A stretch of DNA of 64,000 bases from Octopus bimaculoides (taxonomy: Eukaryota): positions 4,184,356 through 4,248,355 of the forward strand of contig NC_068999.1 of NCBI RefSeq assembly GCF_001194135.2, written 5' to 3'. The notes under the pieces were generated by a model that ran no database searches, had not been told where the DNA came from, and saw nothing but the letters and a program-made list of their open reading frames with translations. Each line of letters starts with the position of its first letter. Position 1 is the first letter of the stretch. A program made the translations under genes and the position numbers. Below are positions 46,983 through 59,241 of the stretch, piece after piece.

Positions 46983-47324
46983 CAAAGGTTTTCAACCCCC
47001 AGGATTCATACGAACCCCCTGGGGGGGGGGGAGCGGGGTCCATGCTAGCAAAATAGTAAATTGGGTATTTACAATAGTGTTTTAAGGATCCCTGAAAAAT
47101 TTCGATTTAGGTGTTTTTATTGCAAGAAACATCCAGGATTCTTTCTCGGATGTTTTGGAATTGTTCAACCTACACAAGAGAGCATGGGTGAAAAACAACA
47201 TAGGAATTTCAAAAGAAGTCTCTAAAAAACAAGTTTTTAAACATCGAATGGCGATGAGGGTCCACCAGAAGAGAATAATAATCAAAGGGGTCCCTAGGTC
47301 AAAAAATGGTTGAGAACCCCCATG
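46983..47324. mobile_element. hAT (Charlie-like) MITE
   Basis: Termini caaaggttttcaacc / ggttgagaacccccatg; 8-bp flanks ttctaaac / ctctggac resemble a decayed nTCTAGAn TSD. Confidence 0.55.
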
Positions 47325-48323
47325 CTCTGGACAAAATATCTGAATTTGCAGAAATATCAAACAGCAAATGTTGACGGAGATATTTTTGAGTAAAGATTCA
47401 TTATGGCTGAATGTGGGTGTGTCCTGGGATGCTAGGGTGGATGTTATGACCCTTTATGGTTAGCTGTGTGTATGTGTGGGTGAGTGGGTGAGTGGGGAGG
47501 AACAGGATGGGCATGGGGACGGGTGTGGGGGGTTCTCTGGAGGATTACTAGAAAGGAACCAAAATGATGTAGCTTGCTTGTAAAGTGTTTTCCTGTGTAC
47601 TGCAGAAGATAATTAGGGCCCAGCGGAAGGGGTTAGGGTAAGGTAGGAGGCGAGGGTGGGACAGACAGACAGACACAGATGTTCAGCTGCTGACTGGGAA
47701 TTCTTCAAATTCCACAGTTGTAAAACTGAAAATGCTCCTATAAGATGTATTACTGCCATCACCACCAACACTACCAGCCAAAAGAGCAGCTACTATCTTG
47801 CATATGCTAGAAATAGCAGCCAAATCTCTCAAATCATACTTCAGCATTTGAGAAAAAAAAACACACGTTAGATAATGGAGTCTTAGATATGCTATGTTTG
47901 AATAAAAATAAACAGGATGGTCTCGGATAGAATGTCTTTAGTCATAAGCTTGCTTGACCAACAATAATTACCACCAGCACCACCACCACCACTACTACTA
48001 CTACTGTTGAAGATGGTGAATGGCAGTCTAAACTAGCAACTATTTCCATGACCTGCTGCTGTCTTAACAGGAATGATTGTGACAGACTGTGTGTGTACGT
48101 ATGTGTATATATATATGTGTATGTATGTATGTACATTTGTGGGCAGAGCAGAGCTGAGACTGAACAAGAGGATAATGGAATGGTCGGACAGCTGGTTGGT
48201 ATGGGGTGGTGGTGGAGGAGTAAGGAAGGTCTTGGAGATGATAATGAGGGTTGAGAAAAGGTGGAGGAGAGAGAGAGAGAGAGTGGAAAGAGACAAATAG
48301 TCTAAACCTGAAGCAATCCAAAT

Positions 48324-48396
48324 AGTTCTGTGGTGTAAATGGTTCGCACTCTGGACTCCAAATCCAGCAATCAAAGTTCGAGTCTTGGTAGAACCC
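48324..48396 (+). tRNA. tRNA-Gln-like gene or pseudogene with CCA anticodon
   Basis: Colinear with the eukaryotic tRNA-Gln(CTG) sequence as recalled. Anticodon arm CTGGA-CTCCAAA-TCCAG is perfect; A1-C72 and one T-stem pair are mismatched; T-tracts follow at ~48408-48420. Confidence 0.75.
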
Positions 48397-49159
48397 AAGC
48401 TTCTCACTTTCTTTTCTTTTGATATCTATCAGTGGAATGGAGAGGGGCCGCTGGGATGCATGGGCAACTGCTGGTCTTTCATAGACAACCTTGCCTGGAC
48501 TTGTGCCTCGGAGGGTAACTTTCTAGGTGCAATCCCAGGGTCATTCATGACCGAAGGGGGTCACTCATTAAAAACAGTGGTAAATGCATTGGTTAACGTA
48601 ATATTGTCAATATTGTTTGTTTTAATTATTAATTACAATGTATGTTAGTGAACGTGGTAGCATCAGAACTGACGACGACAGCATCGAGTTTTTGTTTTGC
48701 CCCGATTTGTAACACAACAAATAAACTTCCATGGCCTCCACCCCTGCCCCACCCACATCCACACAGAACAAACGTTCCCCGCCACCGCCACCGTCACAAG
48801 AGTCAATAAACTGTCTTTAGTATTCTACAGATGAATACATACAAGCATAAGAGAGAGATCAGGTATACGTGTGTGTATATATGTGTGTGTGTGTGTGTGT
48901 GTGTGCATGTGATGTTGCACACTTCAGACACATGCAGCATAACAGACACATCCAGACAGCAATGCACACACATACATGTTTACTACACAAAAACACGCGC
49001 ACACACACCTTGAGCAGTTGAGACAACAGGCCTTTGTTTCTCCACAGAAACATATTCAGTGTGTTTGTGTGTGTTTAAGAATATGGATGACAGAGAAAGT
49101 ATGTGTGAGTGTGTGTATGTATATACACACACACACATATTGTATTTAAGTACATGTGA

Positions 49160-49213
<54 letters not shown>

Positions 49214-49528
49214 ATGTATGTATGTATAAGTCCACATAGTCAAAGCCACGTCATTTTATGAAAGACATAATTTTCAGATGACGGTGGTGGTGGTGGTGGT
49301 GGTGGTGGAGGGGTTCTGAGCCTATGACATCAGCACCATCACCATCACCATCAGTAAAACTAGGGCAGCACCACTGCTGCCACCTCACATTATCGCAACA
49401 TGTTACACGAGTAAATAATAGAAACTACACATGGACGCTGGAAATAGCAAACATCCCCCCCAAATCAGACCACTGCCATTGCAAAACAGGACACATATAT
49501 GTCTGAGAGAGATTAAAAAAAAAAAAAA

Positions 49529-50331
49529 NNNNNNNNNNNNNNNNNNNNNNNNNNNNNNNNNNNNNNNNNNNNNNNNNNNNNNNNNNNNNNNNNNNNNNNN
49601 NNNNNNNNNNNNNNNNNNNNNNNNNNNNNNNNNNNNNNNNNNNNNNNNNNNNNNNNNNNNNNNNNNNNNNNNNNNNNNNNNNNNNNNNNNNNNNNNNNNN
49701 NNNNNNNNNNNNNNNNNNNNNNNNNNNNNNNNNNNNNNNNNNNNNNNNNNNNNNNNNNNNNNNNNNNNNNNNNNNNNNNNNNNNNNNNNNNNNNNNNNNN
49801 NNNNNNNNNNNNNNNNNNNNNNNNNNNNNNNNNNNNNNNNNNNNNNNNNNNNNNNNNNNNNNNNNNNNNNNNNNNNNNNNNNNNNNNNNNNNNNNNNNNN
49901 NNNNNNNNNNNNNNNNNNNNNNNNNNNNNNNNNNNNNNNNNNNNNNNNNNNNNNNNNNNNNNNNNNNNNNNNNNNNNNNNNNNNNNNNNNNNNNNNNNNN
50001 NNNNNNNNNNNNNNNNNNNNNNNNNNNNNNNNNNNNNNNNNNNNNNNNNNNNNNNNNNNNNNNNNNNNNNNNNNNNNNNNNNNNNNNNNNNNNNNNNNNN
50101 NNNNNNNNNNNNNNNNNNNNNNNNNNNNNNNNNNNNNNNNNNNNNNNNNNNNNNNNNNNNNNNNNNNNNNNNNNNNNNNNNNNNNNNNNNNNNNNNNNNN
50201 NNNNNNNNNNNNNNNNNNNNNNNNNNNNNNNNNNNNNNNNNNNNNNNNNNNNNNNNNNNNNNNNNNNNNNNNNNNNNNNNNNNNNNNNNNNNNNNNNNNN
50301 NNNNNNNNNNNNNNNNNNNNNNNNNNNNNNN
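49529..50331. other. Assembly gap (largest); others at 29362-29712, 31224-31811, 37108-37472, 54088-54097, 59375-59384, 60423-60606, 61270-61934, 63379-63444
   Basis: N runs, mostly flanked by microsatellites. Confidence 1.
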
Positions 50332-50332
50332 N

Positions 50333-50382
<50 letters not shown>

Positions 50383-50449
50383 TTTGTGCCTTTGTGTACC
50401 TCCTCTTTTTCTCTGCAAGAGTTTCTACTCAGAGTTCCAAGCTCTTCTT

Positions 50450-51480
50450 TACACGATGAGTTCTTCAAGGAGACGTTAGCTACTAAATCTGTGAAGATAG
50501 TCACGGCTTGGCTCATATAACACATCTTGAGATTTTTATTTGAGAGAAACTTTATAGCACTTGAGAAATACTCCAACAGAATGTCTGCTAACCAAAGCCA
50601 GCCATAAAACACCATTATTGCAATGTCGTCGTTCTGAATTTAAGCCACATGACCACACAGCATTGAAGGTGACAACTCATTAGGGATGTCTGTTTGTCAC
50701 CAGGTTTATAGCAGAGTAGGACTGTTGTAGTGAGTATTATGTACTCTTACTTGATCTTACAGATTTTGTGAAAGCCACGAGAATGGAGACTGCCTAAGTG
50801 CTTTATATCAGTCAACAGAACAGGATAAGTGATTGCGTTCATTATGGTCTTATAAGCTATAACAGGAGCTAAAGTCTGGCTGTCTGTAAGTTGTTTCTTA
50901 TAGGCAGATCTACCGAAGACTTTACAGTAAACTTAATGAAGACTAAAGTTTTAGGAAATAGGGAAGGAACTTGCTGCTATCAGGGAAATAGGTGAGCAGA
51001 AACACAATACAGTATAGCCAATATAAATTGTGGACCCACAAGGGTTGTAGTGAGATCATAGATAGGTAGTCAGAGGTGGAGTTCATATAAACAGGAGGTC
51101 TCTTGAAAGGCTCTGTTGGATGTAGCTGATAGCCCCTGTAACCAAAGTGACCAACTTACAAAGGGGTGGGTGTACTGAAAGCTGAGCAGCCAGAATAAGA
51201 TTGGGATGGAGAATCTGGGGCCTCTGCCAGGAACCAAGTTTACATGGCTCTCTCTTGGAGTGAAGACCAGATTGTATGATGAAATGCAATGATGCATGGC
51301 AATAAGAGAAAGGCCTTGGATGCAGAAGATCTACAAAGACTGGAAAGAAACAAAGCAGCTCTGCTCGATGTGTAAAGTGCATGAATGACAAAACACAAAT
51401 GAGCTGAGCGAAAAACTGGATACAAGCTGCGTCAGGTGAACAATGGAGAAAACAGCATTGGCACAAACATATATGTAATA
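50450..51480 (+). mobile_element. Decayed RTE-clade LINE reverse transcriptase region
   Basis: Broken frames FIMVL*AIT..L*ADL (YADD remnant), VNLMKTKVL, QYKLWTHK, AARIRLGWR, LSLGVKTRLYD, AEDLQRLERN; left boundary uncertain. Confidence 0.8.
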
Positions 51481-52429
51481 TATACAGCCATATAAATCAA
51501 ATGCCGCTCTTCACTCACTGTGGTACAATAGATGGATCATTCTGCCACTAAATACACTCACACCAGTTATAATTCACTTAATTGATTTGCCTATTTATTA
51601 TTGATCCGTTTGCCTAAGTTGTTCACCAGACATCTGTTGCCCTCTCAAAGGCTTCCAACAGTTGTTGCTGTATTCATGACACGACTTTCTCAAAGTACAA
51701 CAATACCTGCTTCAACTGAAAGTTTCACACCAAACACTTGCAAAGCAATTACAGAAACGTGTGTGCTTGTGTGTATGTGTGCATGCGCGCACGTGTAAGT
51801 GAGAGAGAGAGAGAGAGCGAAAGAGAGTAAGGGGTGGGGTGGGGGGTGACTGAGAATTCAGCAAGAAGCTTTTCAAAGATTGGCTAAATGAAGCATTACA
51901 TCAGCAACTAATTCAGACACGTGGAACATGTGTCTCTGTATGGGTGTGCATACACACACACATATACACGTATGTATGTATTCAAATTTTATATGCACAT
52001 ATTAGACATACATACAGACAGACAGACATATACATACATAAATACATACATATATCTATATATATATGTGTGTATACATACACGCACACGTACATCAGTG
52101 TTTGGCAGTTCAGGTTGAATTTTGATACATTTATATATAGATTATACTTCCAGAAATAATTTGATATTTCTCAGTTGAGAAAGTTGGTTTTTCTTTCGCT
52201 AGCTCCCCCCCACCGTCACCATCTTCACGTCTCCTCCCCCCTCCAATCACTATCTCACCACCACCACCACCACCCAGTTTGTATCCTCCTCCCCACCCCA
52301 CCCACAGATGATGGTGGCAGACCAATGAATCATTAAAATGAATTTACAGTTACTGAAATGTTCCGCAGGCAGCCAGCCACTTACGTTCTCCTTGTTTATA
52401 AGACAAAACATATATATCTATGCGCGCGC

Positions 52430-52476
<47 letters not shown>

Positions 52477-53453
52477 CACATATATATATATCATCATTAT
52501 CATTTTACATTTGCTTTCCATGCTGGCATGGGTTGGATGGTTTGACAGAGTCTGGCAAACTGCAAACCCTCCCTCCCTTCCTCTTACTCTCTCTCTCTCT
52601 CTCTCTGCACATACATGTGCGTGTGTGTGTGTGTTTGTGTGTGAAAGAATGTGGTTTAGTGGTTAGAGTATCCAGCTCACGATCAAAAGGCCATGGTTTC
52701 AATTTCTGGTGGTGCGTTGTATCCTTGAGCAAGACCTTTCATTCTATTTAGCTCCAGTCCCACTCAGCTGGCAAAAAGGAGCTGCAGCTGTATTTCAAAC
52801 GACCAGCTTTGCCTCATTCTGTGTCATGCTGAATCTGTCTGAGTACACACGTCTGTGGATTACTCAGCCACTTGCATGTCAATTTCACAAGCAGGCTGTT
52901 CCACTGGTTGGATCAACTGGATCACTCATTGTTGGTGTAACTGACAGAGTGTCAATTATATCATCATTTAACGTCCGTTGTCCATGCCAGCATGGGTTGG
53001 ATGGTTTGACCAGGGCTGGTAAGCTGGAAGGCTGCACCAGACTCCAGTCTGATTTGGCATGGTTTTTTTACGGTTGGATGCCCTTCCTAATACCAACCAC
53101 TCTGATAGCATAATAGGTGCTTTTACGTGCCACTGGCCTGGGTGCCATTTGCATGACACCAGTATCTGCCACGACTGTGATTTTACATGGCTTGATGGGA
53201 GGCATCCAGCTGTAGAAGCCATGGTGCCATAAATGGAATATAAGGGTGAGGCATTCTACACCAAACTGTCAAAGAGGGCAATATGTCCGAATAAGAACTG
53301 TCTGATACTGTGCTGACCAATCCAACTCATGCCATGAGTGGACATCAAATGATAATAATGACATCAAATATACAGCGTATCCTATATAGAACACATATGG
53401 CTACATTACATGCAAAAGATACTATGGAACATGCACTATATGCATATAGATAG

Positions 53454-53822
53454 GTGGAGGCTTGGCTGTGTGGCTAAGAGGCTTGCTTTGCAGTCCTGTG
53501 GTTTGGGGTTCAGTCCCACAGCATGGCACCTTGTGGGAAGTGTCTTCTACTAAATCTCCAGGCCCACCAATGCCATGTGAGTGAATTTTGTAGACAAAAC
53601 CTCTGTGTGTGTGTGTATGTGTTTGTTCTCCCCACTGCTTGACAACCAGTGCTAGTTTGTTTACATTCCTGTAATTCAGGCATCAAAAGAGTCCAACAGA
53701 ATAAGTACCGGGCAGATCAATCCCAGTTTTTATCTGGGGATTGATCTGTTCGAATAAAAGTGACCTTTTCGAGGTGGTGCCCCAGTATGGCCACAGTCCA
53801 ATGAGTGAAATAACAAATATAG
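53454..53822 (+). mobile_element. SINE family A, full length, diverged
   Basis: Head ggcttggctgtgtggctaag through tail ccagtatggccacagtcc. Confidence 0.8.
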
Positions 53823-53913
53823 GCAAAGAGTCTTCGAAATTCCTCCCATTTTTTTTTCTTGCTACATAAATTTGTGATGATGATGATGATGATGAGGAGG
53901 AGGAGGAGGAGGA

Positions 53914-54271
53914 GGAAGAAGAGAGAAGAAACAAGCACCTGCTAATGGGTGTTTTCCCCTTTCCATCAACTCCCTCCACCTCCTTCTCCTCCTCCCCCAA
54001 CACATCTAAAATGGCAACCTATAATCACAGCACTCCACCCACCCCACCCCGCCACCTGCTATTCTTAGTTTTCAGTTGACTGCAGCANNNNNNNNNNGGA
54101 AGAAGAGAGAAGAAACAAGCACCTGCTAATGGGTGTTTTCCCCTTTCCATCAACTCCCTCCACCTCCTTCTCCTCCTCCCCCAACACATCTAAAATGGCA
54201 ACCTATAATCACAGCACTCCACCCACCCCACCCCGCCACCTGCTATTCTTAGTTTTCAGTTGACTGCAGCA
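53914..54271. other. Exact 174-bp duplication across a 10-N gap (probable assembly overlap artefact)
   Basis: 53914-54087 is identical to 54098-54271. Confidence 0.85.
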
Positions 54272-55989
54272 TTCATTTATTTATTTATTCATTTATTCTT
54301 TTTCTTTTTTCCTGTAATTCGAAAGGTTGGAATGGTAAATAAACGTGGAACCATCCAACCAAACTGAATGAGCCACAATAACAGAGTCGACAGTTTTGCT
54401 GTTATGTCAACGGCAACGTTGGGTTGGCGATTATTTCAAACAAACGACTGGCATAATTAACTCTTTGCTTCCACACTTTAACTCCCACACAACATGTAAA
54501 CCAGTACACTATACTAACCATCTTAAACAAAGACGCATTTGATAATGTAGTCCTAGATACACTATGCCTGTATAATAGATAGGATGGTTGCAGTCGAGAC
54601 ATTTTTAACCCTTTGCCATTCGAATTATTCCGTCAAATGTAAGGCTTATTTATTTCACATTGTTTTAAATTCTTTAATTCACAGCTTTGAGATTTTGATG
54701 ATGCGATTGTTTAGTGTTAGAATAACATTGTAGGATAGGTGTGAGAGGCCAGATCTGGCTGGCTAGAACATGAAACAGGTTGACTATTTGGGTAAGAATA
54801 TGGGGTCCCAGTTTAAATACAAGGGCTTACTGGATCAAGGTTGAACAGGGACTAAACAACAGCAACAAAGACGGGTACATTTGATGGTGTACACCCAGAT
54901 ACACTGTGCTTGAATAACAGACAGGATGGTCCTAATTGAAATGCTTGATCATAGATTTTCAGGATGTGTTTATATTGCAGATAAACAACAACAACTACAG
55001 CTGCCCTCAATAAACAACAACAACAGTAGCAATGGCCCCAGGATGTTAGGAAAATGCACCGACTGAGAGAAGAACTTTTATTTCTAACAATAAAAATAAT
55101 AAATTTCTTATTTTCCTGTCTTCTCTAATTTATTTCTTTATTTCTCAAATTAATTAAGTTCTATATGGCACTGTGGTGGCTCTGGTTTGAAGAATTCCTC
55201 TTGAAAAACAGGACATAACCACTTGAAGAGTGAAAATAATGGCGTATGTAGTTAGGTCATTCAACTTTCAGACAAATGCCTCATGTTTCGGTTTTGGTTT
55301 GTTGTCTTCACAATATTTGTTAATAAATTATTAACAAAAATTACAACAAACAAAAACATCTACCCCCCCCCCCCACAAAGCCAAACAAACAAACAGACGA
55401 TTTAACCAAAAACTCTGGGAGACAGATGCAAACCAAGATTGCATTGGGTAGAATTTGCTGAAGGGCTTCAACATTCCAACCTCGTTCTTTACCGATAACC
55501 CATAAAATCTAGGTCAATATCCATATAAAAATAATAATAATAATAATAATATATACATACACATACACACACACACAACTTTGTGTATGCATGTATAGGT
55601 ACATGTGTATGCGTGTATGTTTATCAGTAGGCAGGGTGTTGGTGGGGTAGAATGAGGGTGGTGATAAATTTCAAACTCGCAAAGCTGTTTTCTGATAGAT
55701 ATTCGCAGATACTGACTACAGTGAGATAAACATATGTGATTTCAATTTATCACAACACCCACCCACCCACAGAGTCACACATCCTGTACGTTTCATGAAC
55801 GGGCCCCAAGTAAAATGCATGCCAACCACCGAATACCACGGTACAGTTAGCTGTATAACCTTACACACAGTATGCATATGGGTGTGCGTACATTTTTGTG
55901 CATCTATATATGTATGTATGCGTGTATGTAATCTTTATATATGTATGAGAATTATATACGTCTGTTTGTGTGTAAATATATGTATATAG

Positions 55990-56028
<39 letters not shown>

Positions 56029-56088
56029 TATGTATATATGCAAATCTACATGAATATATATATATATATGTGTGTATCTATCTATTTA

Positions 56089-56140
<52 letters not shown>

Positions 56141-57086
56141 ATTATACATACACCCAGTTGTTGTTGCTTGATTATCGACTATTTCATCAGGCATGCAACA
56201 TGAACGAGGTTTGGCCTAACGAGGCCTAAATAGAAACACATCTGAACAACACACACACACAATGATGTGGTGTTAATTAACTTGCTTTAGACTTATACAA
56301 GATGCGGCAGAGCGTGTGGCTAGGGCCCACACAAACATCTTCTCATCCAGCAACGTGTTGGTGGCACCGTGCCATTACAACAACCAGGATCTTACTCTGA
56401 ACACAGATTCAGGTCATCATCAGAATATTCATTTCTTACTTGGAAACGAGGGGTGGGGGATAAAGGAATGTACGTGCGTGTGTATGTGTGTGCGTGCGTG
56501 TGTGAATGTGTGTGTGTGATCACGTGTATAAATATTAGGATAACAAAGTCAAAGTACTTAAAAATATACGCAACATCCTATAAGCATAGCTGTGTGGTTA
56601 AGAAGTTTTCTTCCCAACCACATGGTTCCAGGTTCAATCCCATTGTGCAGCACTTTGGACAAGTGCCTTCTACTATAGCGCTGGGCTGACCAAAGCCTTG
56701 TGAGTGAAACTGGTGGATGGAAACTGAAAGAAGCTGGTCAGGTGTGTGTGTATGTGTATTTGTGTCCATCAGTGTGTGTGTTGGGCGGGGGTGATAGCTG
56801 TAAATGAGTGCCACTGTGATACAAGCAGTGTCGTTCATTTCCAATATTTCTGTGGAAACATATCTGTGGACATGGGAAAACATTACATTGGTAAGTGGTG
56901 GTGAGAGGAAGGGGATCTGGCCATAGAAAATCTGCCATAAGGAACTCCATCTGACCTAAGTATGGAAAGGTGGACATTAAAACGATGGAGACGATTATAT
57001 ATGTGTGTGTGTTTACATGGACCCCTAGTTGAGAATCACTGTCTAAAATATTCTTGTTGCAAAAATAGCCCTTATTTATAGAATTA

Positions 57087-57296
57087 CAGTAATCCCTCGC
57101 TATATCATGGTTCACCTATAGAAGTATTATTTAAAATTATGTTGATTCCTCCATGGTGGTTCTTTTGCATTTATAATTAAAAAAATATATACAAATTATA
57201 AAAATAAATACAGTACACTACTGTTTCTACTTCACAGGTTTCTATCTATTGTGGGGGTTTTGGAATGTGATACCTGCGATAGTTGAGGGGTTACGG
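57087..57296. mobile_element. Tigger/pogo-like MITE
   Basis: Degenerate TIRs cagtaatccctcgctatatc / gatagttgaggggttacgg, TA on both sides; a related TIR piece lies at ~12463-12530. Confidence 0.65.
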
Positions 57297-58699
57297 TACA
57301 TCATGGAAGCGGCTTTTTATTGAAGAACAAAGCAATCTGTCCGGTTTACTTTGGTTGTAGTCTTAAGGAATGAATGAGATGGGAATGGAACAGGTTTTGC
57401 TGTTGGTGGCTGATGACAACAGTAACCATGGAGATGAGTAGGTGGCAGCAACAGCAGTGAGGATGGCTATGAGTTTGGGTAGCAACAGTAACCATGGAGA
57501 CGAGCGATGGGAATAACATCAACATCAGTAACTATGGTGATAACTGTTAGTAACCAGAGTAACACCATGTGTGGGTGGTAAGGGCAACTGAAGGACCCAG
57601 CACCAAACGGTTTCAAGTCTCAATTCTTCATTGTCTGGTTTTGAATCCCTCCAAAGACTGTTAAAACCACAATACCAGTCATATATTAGGACAGAGTCAC
57701 TTCTCGTAAATACACATGCACGTATAGATATAGCAGATATACATACATACATAGATGCACATATACAAGAAGAAACTAAAAAGGGGAATGGGGAAAGCTT
57801 CTAACATTGCCGAGAGGAAAGATGAGAAACCTTCAGAGATATAAGCAGAGGGGTGGCTATAGGCATAGGTAAGAAGTTTGCTTCCCAACCACATTGTTTT
57901 GGGTTCAAGTCCCACTGTGGGACACCCCGGCCTAGTGTTTTTTACTACAACCTTGAGCCGGCCAAAACCAAGGTCAACTTTGCCTTTCATCGTTTCAGGG
58001 TCAATAAATTGAGTACCAGTCAAGTGCTGGGGTTGATGCGATCGATTGTCCCCCTCTTCACAAAAATCCAAGCCTCACGCCTATAGTAGAAAGGATTATT
58101 ATTATTATTATCATCATCATCATCATCATCCTGCAGAGTTTGTTAATCTGGTTCCTGGCAGCATAACTTAAATCCAGTGTGCGACAAGAGGGTTGGCCAC
58201 CAGAGTGTCTGTCTGTAGAACTCACCATATGGGGGAGAAGAAAAAAAAAGTAAACAAACCACCAACACCACCACCACTACAACCAATACACACACAACAA
58301 CAACAACAACAACAAGCACCTTATCACCAAAGGAATGTTCATGTGTAGCAAAGTTGCATGTTGCCCAGCCTGAATAGCAAGGAGTTAGTCATCAGACAGA
58401 AATAGAGAGTATTTCTGATGGCATTCTATTCACATCGTTATTTGTAGAATGAATGGAGTTTGCTGTTCTTGGAGAAAAAATTCAATAGAGTTACTCAAAA
58501 GTCCAACGGTTCCAGAATGGACAGCTCAGACACTTATTAACGAGATTGATTTAATTAAATAAAGAAAAAATTAATTAAATAAACGAAAGAAAAGCACGAG
58601 GTGGTGGTTGTTGTTCACTGCCATTATTACCTGTGTATACATTATAAACGCTATACAGACATGCATATATATATATGTGTGTGTGTGTGGGGAAGGGTG

Positions 58700-58960
58700 C
58701 ATTGCTTAGTGGTTAGGGTGTGTCACTCATGATAGACAGATCATGAGTTCAATTACTGGACCAGGTGGTGCGTTGTGTTCTTGAGCAAGGCCCTTCATTT
58801 CAAGTTGCTCCAGTTCATTCAGCTGTAGAAAGGGTATGAACTAGCCTCCCAGCCAGCAGGGCGGAACCATTTCAAAGCTAAAACTATGCAAAGCAAATTG
58901 TGACCAGTGATTCACAACAACATCTCATAGTCTGGTTGATCAGGATCACGCGAGATCATC
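58700..58960 (+). mobile_element. tRNA-derived SINE family E
   Basis: A/B-box-like head then gtgttcttgagcaaggcccttcatttcaagttgctccag; related copies at ~52650-52960 (plus) and ~40250-40470 (minus). Confidence 0.7.
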
Positions 58961-58981
58961 ATCTATATATATATATATGAT

Positions 58982-59131
58982 GGGCTTCTTTCAGTTTCCA
59001 TCTACCAAATCCACTCACAAGGCTTTGGTCGGCCCGAGGCTATAGTAGAAGACACTTGCCCAAGGTGCCACGCAGTGGGACTGAACCCGGAACCATGTGG
59101 TTGGCAAGCAAGCTACTTACCACACAGCCAC
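58982..59131 (-). mobile_element. SINE family A, 5' half, nested in the Tc1/mariner element
   Basis: Near-identical to 16505-16650 and 9300-9450. Confidence 0.85.
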
Positions 59132-59241
59132 CTCAGACTGACACCTAAACACATTGAAATGTTCGTATTTGAGCTTCCAGCATGAATGCCAAGCAGTACA
59201 GCATGTTGTTTCCAAATTTCTGGCAGAGTGAATTGCATCAT
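59131..59241 (-). pseudogene. Transposase N-terminal (HTH-like) remnant MMQFTLPEIWKQHAVLLGIHAGSSNTNISMCLGVSLR
   Basis: Open frame inside the TIR pair, resembling Tc1/mariner N-termini by recall; cut off by a SINE head. Confidence 0.6.

Noticed and set aside
48430-48600. Short minus-strand frame MNDPGIAPRKLPSEAQ...
   Set aside because: Ends in a stop with no donor; looks like a repeat fragment, not an FNDC3 exon.
49431-50459. Long X-containing ORFs here and at 29264-29942, 30981-31864, 36925-37539, 61100-61981
   Set aside because: Artefacts of translating N-gaps.
52381-52400. Possible 6-nt microexon (aag|GAGAAC|gtaagt, minus strand)
   Set aside because: Weak polypyrimidine tract and no independent support.
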